Assembly (NCBI GenBank): GCA_963693365.1
Contig: CAVNZM010000004.1
Span: 14,320,524-14,384,523 of the forward strand
Source: Amoebidium appalachense
Taxonomy: Eukaryota; Protista; Ichthyosporea
DNA length: 64,000 nt
Direction of reading: 5' to 3'
The notes beneath the pieces are model-generated. The model searched no databases. It had not been told where the DNA came from and saw only the letters and a program-made list of their open reading frames with translations. A program made the position numbers and the translations under genes. Positions 1 to 12,552 of this stretch are shown here, one piece after another. Each line of letters opens with the position of its first letter. Positions within the stretch are counted from its first letter, which is position 1.

Positions 1-385
1 CTAAATGATTAAGGCAGGGGGGAGGGAGGACTGGGCAGGTATGTGCATGCATTACAGGTAGGCAGCAGAAAATCGACGGCGTGGTTCATGGGCAGGGAGG
101 GGGCCTTGTGGGTGTTGTTCCAGGGGGCGGAGGGGAGGGGGAGGGGGGGGGGGAGGGGGGGGGGGTACCAGACAAGTTGAGACAAGTTCTGTAATTGCGA
201 TGCAGTGAAGTACATCTTTACTTTCCATATTCTTCACAAGGACAAGTAAGCATCGTGATATTAGTCTGCATTCAACAGGCACGCACCCAATCTCACCTGT
301 GTGCTCGGTCCTCTCTCTCCCCCTTCAACCCGTAGTCACCCACCCTGTTTAATGTCATGCATGTAGGGCTGATTGTATGGTGCAG

Positions 386-527
386 GTGACCAGTGCATCA
401 GACGGGTTCATTCGTGTGTACGAGGCCATTGACGTCATGAACCTGACCCACTGGCCCCTCATGGTATGGCTCCCTGTTCTCCTCCCGTCCCGTTCCCCTC
501 TCACCCCCCCCCCCCCCCCCCCCCCCG

Positions 528-568
<41 letters not shown>

Positions 569-613
569 AGCTCTCTTGGCTGTGTTCTACAGACAGGGGG
601 GTGTCGGGTAGGG

Positions 614-663
<50 letters not shown>

Positions 664-3114
664 AGGGGGGTGGGGGGGGGAAGGGAGAGGGGGGGGGGGT
701 TTGCACTCTGTCACCAGAAATGCATACGGGTGTAGTTTTTTTGCAGTGCTGCTGGCACAATCATTTGTTTTCTTGGGTTGGATGTGATCCAGGCCATCAC
801 CAGGGTGGGCGTGGGGGGTTAGGGGGGGGGGGGGGGGGGGGGAAAGGTGGAGGGGGGGGGGGGAGGGGGAGGGGGGGGGGGGGCATAGGGTGATGAAGCA
901 GGAACGTTTCTGTATGTAAGTACGGGGAGGCAGGGATTTGGGGAGAGTTGGGGCACGTGCAGGCTGCTGCCACCATACGGCTCTGTGGTTAAGTGGGCTT
1001 TGGAAAGAGGGGGGGGGGGGGGGGGGGGGGGCATGGGATGTTCTATGGGGCTTTTGGAGGTGCCTCTGGGGATCGGATTCAGGCACATGGCTGTGTGCAC
1101 TGCCCTGCGCCCTCTCGTGCAATTGGGAGCCAACCCACACACTCTCTGCATATGCCAACCACGTGCCCCCCAGGAGGAGTTTGAGGCCAAGCGCTGCACG
1201 TGCGTCAGCTGGAACCCCTCAAGGTTTGGGCCCCCCATGCTGGCCGTGGGCTTTGATGATGCCCTGGTCAAGGTGCGTGCACGTGCCCATGTGTTTTAGG
1301 CACCTGGGTGTGCACGTGCACATGTGTTTTAGGCACCTGGGTGTGCACGTGCCCATGTGTTTTAGGCACCTGGGTGTGCACGTGCCCATGTCTTTTAGGC
1401 ACCTGGGTGTGGCACGTGCCCATGTGTTTTAGGCACCTGGGTGTGCACGTGCACATGTGTTTTAGGCACCTGGGTGTGCACGTGCCCATGTGTTTTAGGC
1501 ACCTGGGTGTGCACGTGCACATGTGTTTTAGGCACCTGGGTGTGCACGTGCCTGTGGGAGGCATGCGTGTCTGCGGATGTGCCTGTTTGTTATCTCATGC
1601 AACCCCCCCCCCCCCCCCCCCAAACCGATGGGCTCTGCCTATGACGCATACTGTGCGCATGGCTGATGTTGCATACCTGAATATTTGCCTTTGCATGTGT
1701 CCTGCACCATGCTTATCATTGTGTATGTATACTTTGTACCGTGTTCCGCATGCAAACCTCCCCTCCCCCCTTCCCCCCCCCCCCCCCGACAGCTCCCTTG
1801 GAACCCATGCGGCATGTTACCCGCCGGCGTAACATAACTCGGACTATCGGTTTGGCTTTTTTCAAGCCCAAAGCAATGGGTGATACCATATTTCCGGCTG
1901 ACATCCGGGGGCATAGCTTTCCGTTCGAAGACGATAAAGTTCCGCCCTAGTAAGCGTGTTACTACCCTGCGGCGTGGGTCAAATCTCATATTTTCCCCTC
2001 TGATTACGAATTCTGCGGCCTTCGGGACTTAATTCTTTTCAGCTGGTGTAGTATGTTAGCCAGGGAAGTATCGACTTAGGTATCGACGGGGGAGCTTCCT
2101 AGAAGCCCCGTCTCCTGAGTTCCTATCTATATTTTTCTTGCTTCTGCTTACTGCTGCAACTTTAACCCCCGGCCTTTCCCACTGCCCTTGCCTGCATAAG
2201 CAACCCTGCTCGTCTCTGATCAAGACGGGTGACCTACTCATGTTCAAGTGAAACAGTATCTGAGTTGGGTTTCGTTAACGAGGGGAATAGGTCGAAACTC
2301 GGGTACTGTGGATGACGTGGGCCCCCCCTGAGGATGGGCTCTGCTTATTATGCATACTCTTTATGTATGGCTTGCATTCTGCATCGTGTTATCCGTTTGT
2401 TCTTGTGTACTTCGTACTTTTTAACGCATTCAAAACCCCCCCCCCCCCTACCACCCCCCTCCCCCCACCTTAAAAAAAAAAAAAAAAAAAGTTGGTAGTC
2501 CAAAGGTGGTATATCCTCATGAGCCCCCCCAGATCTGTGTGTTCAAGTGAGGTCAAGTTCTCGTGAACCTGACCAACTAAGCCATATTCTAATGGATTTG
2601 ACCAAATAAGCATAGTCTCCTGGACCTGATCAAATAGGCATATTTCCATACCCCCAGATCTGCGTGTACAACGAGAAGGCACGGCGCTGGCTGGATGCCG
2701 AGCAGCTGCGGGGCCACACGGATGCCGTCAGCCAGGTCACCTTTGCGCCAAACCTCGGCAGGTACAGTGTGATTGGCTGGAGCCACTATGTGTGGTTGGT
2801 TGGATCTGCTGCTGATCGTGTAGTGCCTGCATTGGTGTGGATGTGCAGTGGTGACCGTGTGTGCCATGCTGTGTGTGCCTGCATGTGTGTGTGTGGTGTC
2901 ATATGTGTGGCTTCATCGGTGGGCAAGCCACCAGCCTTATGCACATTGACAAACATACACACACGGGTGCTGACCAATGGGCCTCCTCTCTCCCTCATCT
3001 CTCCCATCCCCCCCTCCCTCCCTTTAAGCACACACACACAGCACACACACACACACACACACCGTACATGCAGATACAAATACACATGAAACACACGCAC
3101 GCACACAAGCGCAC

Positions 3115-3189
<75 letters not shown>

Positions 3190-3586
3190 CATACGTGCTG
3201 CTGGCCACCGGCTCACGTGACAACACCATCCGCATCTGGAAGCTGACCGATGCCCCCATGTAGGTGCTGTGTGTGTGCACGTGCATGTAGGGGTATGTGC
3301 ATGGGGAGTTTATGCTGTTTACTCGAGGCAAAAAGAGACCAGTCTCAGGTATGGGGGTTTTTGCTCGGTATATCCCCTTAGCGGCATATCATGATCAAAT
3401 ACATAGATCTCGGGTGATGATTATATATATCAGGGTTTTTCTTACTCTATGAACACCATATAGACTAAGAAGAAGGATCACTTAGTTGGATTCCCCGTTT
3501 TTTTTTTGTTTTTTTTGTTTTTTGTTTTTTTTTAAACGGGCTCCCCCTGGGACACTCGGTTTCAGCTGGTGTGTGTCTGTGTGTGT

Positions 3587-3657
<71 letters not shown>

Positions 3658-4470
3658 GGGAGGATTACATTCTTAATATTGTGTTTTTGTGTGTATGCTT
3701 GTTTCTTCAAGTTGTTCATTTTAGTTTTATTGGAAGCCTTTTTTTTCTTCTTCTTTTTTTTTTTCCTTTTTTTTTTTTTTTTTTTTTTTGGGGGGGGGGG
3801 GGGAGGGGGGGAGGGTTAGGTATTTGTTTTTATAGGCATAGGCTTGGGGGGAGGGGGAGGGGGGGGGGGGGGGGGGTGTCAAGAGCGGAGTGTCAATGGG
3901 CGCAGTTGTACAGGGTTGTGCACAAGTGTATTGACCAAAGGGAGGCAGGGCCTTGGTTTGTGGGTTTTAACATGTTGCTGCAGTGTTGGCAGCAGTGAGC
4001 GGCGGGTCAGCAGCACGTGTGTGGGGGTGCTGGGGGAGCATCGCAGCCCAGTGTGGCGGCTGCAGTGGAACATGGCCGGCACCGTCCTGGCCAGCTCGGG
4101 AGATGACGGCACCGTGCGCCTGTGGAAGGGTGGGTGGCGCACACTGTCACTGCACGTGCTTAGTGCATGCAAATGGGGTAGAGAGGGTAAAAATGCGCCC
4201 CTATTATGTGACTCTTCCAAGTATTTTCTTATTTATTTACTTTTTGAGGTGATAGGGGGGGAGGGGGTGGCGGGGGGAGGGGGGGGGGGGGGGTTGCTTG
4301 TCAACTTGTTGATTCCGTGGGTGTGAGCTGGGAAGGGAGGGGGATGGTGCGCTTGGGAATGATGCTCACACCCCCTCTCTTCCCCAGCAACCAAGCCCGA
4401 CACGTGGGGCTGCATCTCAGTGGTCAACAGCAATGGCATATTGCAGGAGATACAGTACGACCCAAGCTAG
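386..4470 (+). CDS. SEH1: Nucleoporin/GATOR2 subunit SEH1 (WD40), 3' part; exons ~386-463, 1174-1272, 2658-2761, 3188-3259, 3984-4129, 4388-4470
   Basis: The GT-AG exons splice in frame: [23 protein letters not shown] / [17 protein letters not shown] / [29 protein letters not shown] / [40 protein letters not shown], stop TAG 4468-4470. These match Seh1 motifs. 5' exons lie upstream of the window. Confidence 0.9.
1275..1553. repeat. Intronic minisatellite, 33-bp unit (gtgcacgtgcccatgtgttttaggcacctgggt), ~8 copies
   Basis: Visible tandem array beginning right after the SEH1 donor at 1273. Confidence 0.95.
1628..2490 (+). mobile_element. Putative non-autonomous element in a SEH1 intron: two diverged ~110-130 bp direct repeats (1628-1760, 2333-2440) around a ~550 bp non-coding core, followed by a C-run and an A-run
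   Basis: Both repeats start gatgggctctgc and end cgcat(g/t)caaa-ccc. The 2336-2435 copy is near-identical to 19044-19143. Confidence 0.55.
3305..3545 (+). mobile_element. Dispersed repeat family B (~190-bp core plus T-tract), copy 1, in a SEH1 intron
   Basis: Aligns along its length with 59249-59482 (..tttactcgaggcaaa..accagtctcaggtatgggg..gtgatga..catcaggg..gactaaga..ttagttgg..ttcccc + T-run). Its first ~55 nt match the reverse complement of 6690-6746. Confidence 0.75.
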
Positions 4471-4504
4471 TGTGTGGTGTGGTTGCATGTTAGGTCGTGT
4501 GGCG

Positions 4505-4612
<108 letters not shown>

Positions 4613-4868
4613 TGGGTGAGGTTTTATTTGCACAAACATTTACCATGAATGAATGACGGAAGTATCGAATATCGATGCACATGTGCACTGCGGGTAGGCA
4701 CGGTACGTGCACATACGGGCCATCATGTAGTGAGGGGCGGGGGCAATGCAGCACCCAAATCAACACACCGGCACATATCTAATTAGTGGTGTGTGTATGT
4801 ATGCATATGGGAGAGACATGTTCCTTGCATAATTACATGATCACGATGCTGCTGTGCCGTGTAAAGAA

Positions 4869-4960
4869 TAGGCCCAAGATGACCACTTACAGGCCCAAGA
4901 TGACCACTTATAGGCCCAAGATGACCACTTATAGGCCCAAGATGACCACTTATAGGCCCA
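4869..4960. repeat. Tandem repeat, 21-bp unit (ataggcccaagatgaccactt), ~4.5 copies
   Basis: Visible in the SEH1-COQ7 convergent intergenic region. Confidence 0.9.
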
Positions 4961-5802
4961 AAACACCACACCGTTTAACGTTGGCTATCAGGTGTATTTA
5001 GTTCACAGTGCTGAGCAATGTTCAGAGGTGTGTACATGTGCCCCCTTCCCCCCCACCCCCCTCCTCACCCCCCCCCCCCCCCCCCACACACACACAAGCA
5101 CAAAAAAAAAGAAAGAAAGACTCTCGGAACTGTAGTACTGACAGGCAAATTCGCACGGCAAGCTGGTGGGTGGATCCTCCCCCCCCCCCCCCCCTCCCCC
5201 TCCCCCTCCTCGTTTTCTTTATTTTTTTTATTTAGTGGGCCCACCCAACAACCCACCCCCCACCCACCCACCCACCAACCCCCCGGGCAAAAAAAGAAAA
5301 AATAAATAAAAAAAAATAAAGAAAACGAGGAGGGGGAGGGGGTGGGGTGGGGGGGGGGGGGGGGGAGGGCAGAGGACCTTCTTTCCTCACCGCACTGCCT
5401 TCATCAGGCACACTATGTGCAGCCTCTTTAATTCTTTTTTTGTGTGTGTGTGTGCGTCGTGGTGATGGTGGTTTTGTGTTTTTGTTTTCCTTTAGGTGGT
5501 GGTGGGGGGGGGGGGGGGGGGGGGGGGGGGGGAGGAATCAACACCCCCAGCAGGTGAATAAGACAGCAAAGTGTACGAAATCATGCATGTACTTGTCATA
5601 ATGAACGTGCCGGTGCGGATTTTATCATGGGAAGGGGATACATTCAGAATCAGCTAGCAAACTTCTGCACCCTGAGACATTCGAAATTTCACTGCCACAG
5701 TACAGCCCTTGCTTGCCTATGGCATACTGTAACACCATGCAGATGTGAGGATGGGAACAGCTAACTGCCTGTTCCACCAACACACCTTCACCACTTCTCT
5801 CA

Positions 5803-6567
5803 CTACCACCTCTTTGCAAGCACTACCGCAGCCGCTGACCCCCCACCCACCACCGCCATCCAAATCCTCTCCAACACACTCCTCTTCACCTCCCTCTCAC
5901 CCTGCCCCAACCCCCCCTCCCCAACAACAGCCACCACATTATGTGCAAGAGCGGCTGCCTGGTTTCTATGGGCCACCTCATCCTCACAACATGACTCAAG
6001 CATATACCGCAACTCGGGGTATAACCCCTCCCTCTTCAGCCTGCCTATCTGTGCGTTGTAGTGCGTCTCCACAAACGTCTCGACAGCCTCTGTCGTCAGG
6101 TAGAAGGCACGTGCACCCCCTACAATAGTCGGGATAAAACCCAGAGACCACCCAGCCACCACCCAGAGAGGAAGAAACGCGCTCCTGTGCTGTGGCAGCA
6201 TGACACTGTCAAGCAGACGTAGGTGTTTCTCCTCCGCCTCCTTGTGGTGGGTGATAAACTCTACTAGCTGCTCCTGTTCTCGTGTGTGTTCGACCCTAAG
6301 CCGTGCAGCGCACAGGGCGCCCTTGTAGATGTTGACTGCCCCGGTCTCTCCTGCGTGGTCCGACCGCAGCTCCTGCACAAGCCACGTGGGCCAGCTGTCA
6401 CGTGACCGCACTATGGCGTCAGTGTGGTTGGCGCGCAGGCACAGCCTAAGGGGTGTGTGCAACCTGGAATGTATGGTGGTGTGACCAAGCATTGGACGGC
6501 TAATGCATGGACTAGAGTGTATGCGGCGCAAGACAGAAAGCCCTGTGCTAGCTGATAGTGCAGTCAT
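5803..6567 (-). CDS. COQ7: 5-demethoxyubiquinone hydroxylase (COQ7/CLK-1 family di-iron protein), intronless, with probable mitochondrial presequence
   Basis: 254-aa ORF with LRSDHAGETGAVNIY, EEKH, EAVETFVETHYNAQI and EDEVAH, the E-x6-Y..E-x2-H di-iron pattern twice. The N-terminus is Arg/Ser-rich and lacks acidic residues. Confidence 0.9.
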   Translation of the reverse strand: MTALSASTGLSVLRRIHSSPCISRPMLGHTTIHSRLHTPLRLCLRANHTDAIVRSRDSWPTWLVQELRSDHAGETGAVNIYKGALCAARLRVEHTREQEQLVEFITHHKEAEEKHLRLLDSVMLPQHRSAFLPLWVVAGWSLGFIPTIVGGARAFYLTTEAVETFVETHYNAQIGRLKREGLYPELRYMLESCCEDEVAHRNQAAALAHNVVAVVGEGGLGQGEREVKRSVLERIWMAVVGGGSAAAVVLAKRW

Positions 6568-6689
6568 TATGTGTGTGTGTGCGTGATATAGGCAAGGGTG
6601 TCAGCAGGGCTCTATTGCCTGGCCGTGCTAAGGCCTAGGAACACAGGTTTTCGAGCTGACCTTGCTCACTGCAGTGTGAAAGTGAAGTT

Positions 6690-6746
6690 AACCCCCCCCC
6701 ATACCTGAGACTGGTTCTCTTTGCCTCGAGTAAACAGCGTAAACCC
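6690..6746 (-). mobile_element. Truncated copy of dispersed repeat family B, upstream of COQ7
   Basis: The reverse complement reads gggtttacgctgtttactcgaggcaaagagaaccagtctcaggtatgggggg, nearly identical to 59250-59305. Confidence 0.75.
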
Positions 6747-7641
6747 TTAAAGCTCACTCTCTGCCGTGATCGATGATCATCATGCCCTGGTCATACTGCC
6801 CGTTAGTCTGACTCTGACGTCACTTTTAGCTGATCATAGGCTAGATTGCTGGGCTCTGGGTGTACGCGATTTAGCCTATCACGTAACGCATATCAGACCC
6901 GGCAGTGGGCAGCTGGGCCCGCGTGTTTGCATGAATATATGCATTGCAAACACTTTTCCACGGCCGCACATTCTCTTTAAATTGCTAACTGGAGAATTCG
7001 ACGAGGCCTGAGGAGGAGTCCAGGAGAGAGGCCTAGGGGAGGGCCCAGGGGTGGGATCGTGAAGGCTCTATTCTATGTAGCTCTATTCTGCTGTACGCCA
7101 CTCGGAATATACCGGATATGTACCGCATGCATATGCGCAGGAGAAGAGGAAGAGAATTCTGGAGAAGCTTCGGCCCGGGCCTGGGACACACGAAATGTGA
7201 CGTAGCGTTAGCGCCACGTAACACTGATTCTTCAGTTCGGCAGAACCGTACACATGTGTCTGAGTACATATATATATATCGTCAGTATTAGTACTAGTAG
7301 TAGCAGTCAATATTGTCGTTTTGCAGCTTCCCATGTAGCTACTCGGTAAAAGACATTGGTAGCTGGTAGTCCCGGGAGCACCAATATATATCACGTAATA
7401 AATATAAGCAGACCGGATAACAGCACTTGACTTTAATAAAATGCAAGAATTCAGCGTACAATACGGTAGTGTCCGGTGCACACACAGTGGCTACCGGTTA
7501 GATGTCCATAATTGATTATGCCTTGGCATGCACTGTTATACACCACCATGTATACCAAAACATCGGTGTGTGTGTGTGCAGCGTCATAGCAGTGTGCACA
7601 ACAATGGTTCCTTCGTGCTTTCGTTGGGTGTGTGCTGCAAG

Positions 7642-7676
<35 letters not shown>

Positions 7677-8087
7677 AAAAAAATAAAATAAAAAATAAAT
7701 AAAATAAAAAAAAGTAAAACAACAACACCCCCTGCAACAACTAATCACCGCCTACCAAAAAGGAGAAGCAAACGGAAAAGAATACGTCAGAGCCCCACCC
7801 CACCCCTCCAACAATCATTAGTAGCACCTTACAAAAAAAACAAAAAAACGGCCGAAATACAACTGATTGTTCAGCTTTGATACACCAAAGTGAAAAGGAT
7901 ATGCCCCAGCTACGCGTATATGGGCCACAGAGAGTGACAGGCCTGCTATGCTACCCCGCACATCTTCCCGGCCTAACATCCTCCTGAAGGGAACGAGAGG
8001 CAGCAAACCAACCACCACCAAGTCCGCAAAAACCTTTCACCGTCCACCACCAGCCACCCTCTAACCCTTTCACCTCCACCGCCCACG

Positions 8088-9184
8088 TCATTCATCCGTG
8101 TCCATGCCCTCACCCCCTTCCTCGACCTCCATCGTATCATCCTCGATCTCGTCCACCCACTCATCCTCGGGGTTGTAGTGCCCACTTTCCTGGTAGCCTG
8201 CTAGAAGCTCATCGATGTGGCCCAGCATCGTCTCGTCGTCACACCCCACCTTGCCGTACAGCTGTGTGTGTGTTTGTGTGTGTGTGTGTGTGCGCGTATG
8301 TGAGAGAGAGTGAGTGTGCGTGTGTGTGTGCGCGTATGTGCCTGTGTGGGCGTGTGTGTATACTGTGAAGGTGTGTGTAAACGTGCGAGAGTCCAAATAT
8401 TTCGGTGAGAACATGGCTGTGTGTCAGTGTGCATCAGACCACTTGGGCTGGAATTTGCCACACGACATATACACGAGATCATTTTCAGGTTGTGCATCTC
8501 AAACCCCCCCCCCCCCCCCCCCCCCCTCCCCGCCCCCCCTCCCACACACACAGGGGCACATCCTTAGAACAACACACACAGCCCACAAATACCCCTTCCC
8601 CACCCATCACCATCGCCACCACCAACTACCCACACACCGACACCCACATATACATACTGAAATGTAAACATCCACACACACACACGCACGCACGCACGCA
8701 CGCGCGCACGCGCGCACACACACACACCCACGCACCTTTCGTGCATGGACCAGACACTCCACGGCCGTGTCCGCATCCCCCGTCAGGTGGCCCACCCACC
8801 CGTGCAGATACCACACATCCACAACCTCGTCATCCTCCGTCTCCAGCTGCCGCAGCACCTGGGATAGGCAGAAATTTAGCGCATGTCTACTATTCTCGAT
8901 GAGAGATGAGATATACCGAACCGTTAAGTGCACTTTCAGAGGGAGAGATATAATATATATAATGACTCATCAGTGCATTATCATTTATTTTGCACTTCGA
9001 GCACCACACAACCGATTACATCAAGGGCCAGACACAATCTGCATCCCAACCTCTCCCAGCCACTCTCCCCTTCAACCAACACCACCCGTGTGCAGGTTAT
9101 GTGTGCGGGCGGATCGGTGAACAAGCGGGGCATGTCACAAGCCCCTCCCTCTCTCCCCCTCTTCCTCCCTTACACACACACACA

Positions 9185-9219
<35 letters not shown>

Positions 9220-9519
9220 CCCCCCCCCCCCCCCCCCCCCCTCTCTGCCTTCCGTGTGTGTGCCTTCTCCTTGTGTGTGTACGTATGCCTGCGCTTTGTG
9301 TGTGTACGTATGCATGCTTGTGTCGCATAAGATTTCTACTACTGATTGTCTGTTGTATCTGTGTGTGCGTGCTGTCTATGTGTGTGTGTGGTTGTGTGTG
9401 TGCCTTCTGAGCCCGCGTGCGCGTGTGTGTTAATGTGTGTGTGTGTGTGTGCATGGGGCCTGTACGGGAGTGTGTGCCTGCTGCCTGTGTGTGTGTGTGT
9501 GTGTGCCTGCTGTGTGTGT

Positions 9520-9596
<77 letters not shown>

Positions 9597-10042
9597 CCTG
9601 CTGTATCATCAGCCTGTGTGTGTGTGTGTGTGTGTGTGTGCCTGCTGTATCATCAGCCTGCATGTGTGTGTGTGCGTGCGTGTGTGTTTGTGTGTGTGTG
9701 TATGTGTGTGTGTGCCGGCTGTATCATCAGCCTGTATGTGGGTGTGGGTGTGTGTGCCTGCTGTACCATCAGCCTGTGTGAGTGTGTGTGTGTGTGTGTG
9801 TGCCTGCTGCTTGTGCACACACCTTCACCGCCTCCTCATAGCGGCCCAACTCCGCCAGCAGCCTGACGGTGGCCACTCTGAACTCGTAGGGCGGCAGCTG
9901 GTCCGGGTCTGTGTGCCAACAATTAGTGCCATTACTCTTTCTCCATAATCCTACATGACGTTGCTTGCCCAGCATAATTGTTTCCTTTTTTTCATTTCTT
10001 TTATTCCCCCCCCCCCCCCCCCCCCCGCCCCCCCAAACACCC

Positions 10043-10088
<46 letters not shown>

Positions 10089-11640
10089 AAAAAACAGAGG
10101 TGGAAGTGTACATGTGCACACATGAACAGTTAAAGTGATCGGGTGTGTGTGCCCCCAAGTGTGAACAGATACGAGAGCCAGTTGGGAGACCCGAGGATTG
10201 CAGCCACCCACCACACACATTCCCACCCCCCACCCTCCCCTCCCTTCCTTCCCCCATAAGTTTGGTTGCATCCCATGCAAGGGTGGCACAATAAACAATA
10301 GCATGTGCAGACGCAACCATGCACATGCACCATGCACGTGCACACATACATGCAACCATGCACATGCACCATGCACGTGCACACATACATGCAACCATGC
10401 ACATGCACCATGCACGTGCACACATACATGCAACCATGCACATGCACCATGCACGTGCACACATACATGCAACCATGCACATGCACCATGCACGTGCAGG
10501 CACGCACCTTCGCTGCCCTGCCACAGCTGCATGCTCTGTGTGAGCATCTCCCCCGCCTTCTGGTTGTTGCTGGCACTGATCCAGAAGCTGCAGAACGTCT
10601 GGTACGCCTCCTAAAGGGGGGTGTCAGATGTCTGGCTAGTGTCTGTTGGGCCAACACACCCTGGAGGCACAGGCACACGTGCACACAGACGACACCATCA
10701 CAGCAAACAATGTAACAACACCACTCCCAACCCTATCTCCATGCTGGAGACATATTCTCTTCTTATCAGCCAAATGTGATCAGACACACACCACTGTTCT
10801 GGTGTGAAATTTCCACAAAATAAACATAACACCTGTATGTGTCAGCCTGTGCGGTGAACATGCATGTGTGAATGTGTGAATGTGTGTGTGTGTGTGTGTG
10901 TGTGTGTGTCACCCGTGTGTGTGTGCGTGCGCGTATGTGCACGTGTGTGTATTTGTGCGTATGTGTATGTGCGCGAGGATGAATGCATGCATGAGCATCA
11001 CTCCTTCTCTCTACCCCCCCCCCCCCCAGGCGTGTGTTTTTCTTTTTTTTTTTTTTTGCTCACGCGCGTGTGTGTGTGTGTCTGTGTGCGTGTGTGCATG
11101 CCCACCGCATTTGTGCCATCCAGCTCCACGGCTGCCTCAAGGCTCTTTCTACATTCTTCCTCTGCCACCTCCTCATCACTGATTGGCCAAAAATCATCAG
11201 TACACTACCCCTTGGCTCCCTCAACCCCCCCCCCCCCCCCCCCGCCGTCTCCAGCCAAACCTCCAGAGGTTTGCTCCTTCCATCCAACATCACTCGCAGA
11301 ACCACTACTGCCTATCAAAGCACGACTACACACACATTCCTTCTTGACATTTTATCTCCTGGACCATCCCCCCTTCCCCCTCCGCCCCCGACTGATTACC
11401 ATTAGCCACTTTCTCTTCCAAGGTTGTTAACCCCACCCTGTTTCGATTATTACCCCCCTCCCCCCCCCCCCCACCCACCCACCCACCCTCACCCCCACCC
11501 CTCTCTCTCCCCCGGGCACTCGGACACCCCTCCTGCCTGAATGACCTCCACCGAACCCACTCCTTCTGGTCACGGCATATAGGTGTGTGCTTGCGCTATG
11601 TATATGCATGTGTGTCCATCGTGTGCATGCAGGTGTGTGA

Positions 11641-11689
<49 letters not shown>

Positions 11690-12200
11690 TGTGTGTTTGT
11701 GTGTGTGTGTGCGCGTGTGTATGTCTGCCTGTCTCTCTCTGTGTGTGTCCAGATATAGCCCCCTCTGCCCATACCACAGGTCTGTCATGTATATCTCTGC
11801 TATTGAGCACATTGCTGATGATGCGGCCCTCCTCAGCATCCCCTCGTCCCCCTCCTCCTGCACTCAACCACACTTTAGCCACACACCCCGTCCCTCCTCT
11901 CTGCCCCCCCCACCCCCCCCACCCACCCACCCAACCCGCTTTCCCACCTCTCGAAGTCTTCCAAACCATCGGGTATGCCTCCCCCCTCCCACCCCCCCCA
12001 CACACACCCCCCACCTTTTCTTGTGGCACACACCCGACTCGCCCCACCGGGAGGGGCAGCTCATCAAATCCCCACCCCGCCCCCAAACCATCATTTAACG
12101 GTCACCCATGGTGCGAGCACCCACAGAAACACAACCCCTCCCCCCCCCCAAAAAAAAAAAAAAGCTCCTCATATCTGAAAGCTCTCACGCCCTCCCATCA

Positions 12201-12231
<31 letters not shown>

Positions 12232-12407
12232 ACCCCACCCCACTCCTCCACGTACCGTGCCCTCGCTCACAGCCTGCATATCTTTTTTCAGCAACTCCAC
12301 CCCCCTCCTGTATGCGGCCACGGCATCAGCCCCCTGCAGCAACTGGCCCAGGCACAGATACTTGCTGGGCCCATGGTTTGGTGAAAGCCAGATGGCCTTG
12401 TCCAGGC

Positions 12408-12505
<98 letters not shown>

Positions 12506-12516
12506 TGGGCGCGCGC

Positions 12517-12552
<36 letters not shown>

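Noticed and set aside
2290-2345. Hammerhead-like motifs (CGAAAC ... CTGAGGA) in repeat family A
   Set aside because: Stems I and II could not be formed around the core by eye; an Infernal search would be needed.
6760-7500. Microsatellite-free segment with short ORFs upstream of COQ7
   Set aside because: No recognisable protein, tRNA or terminal repeats; most simply promoter/intergenic DNA.
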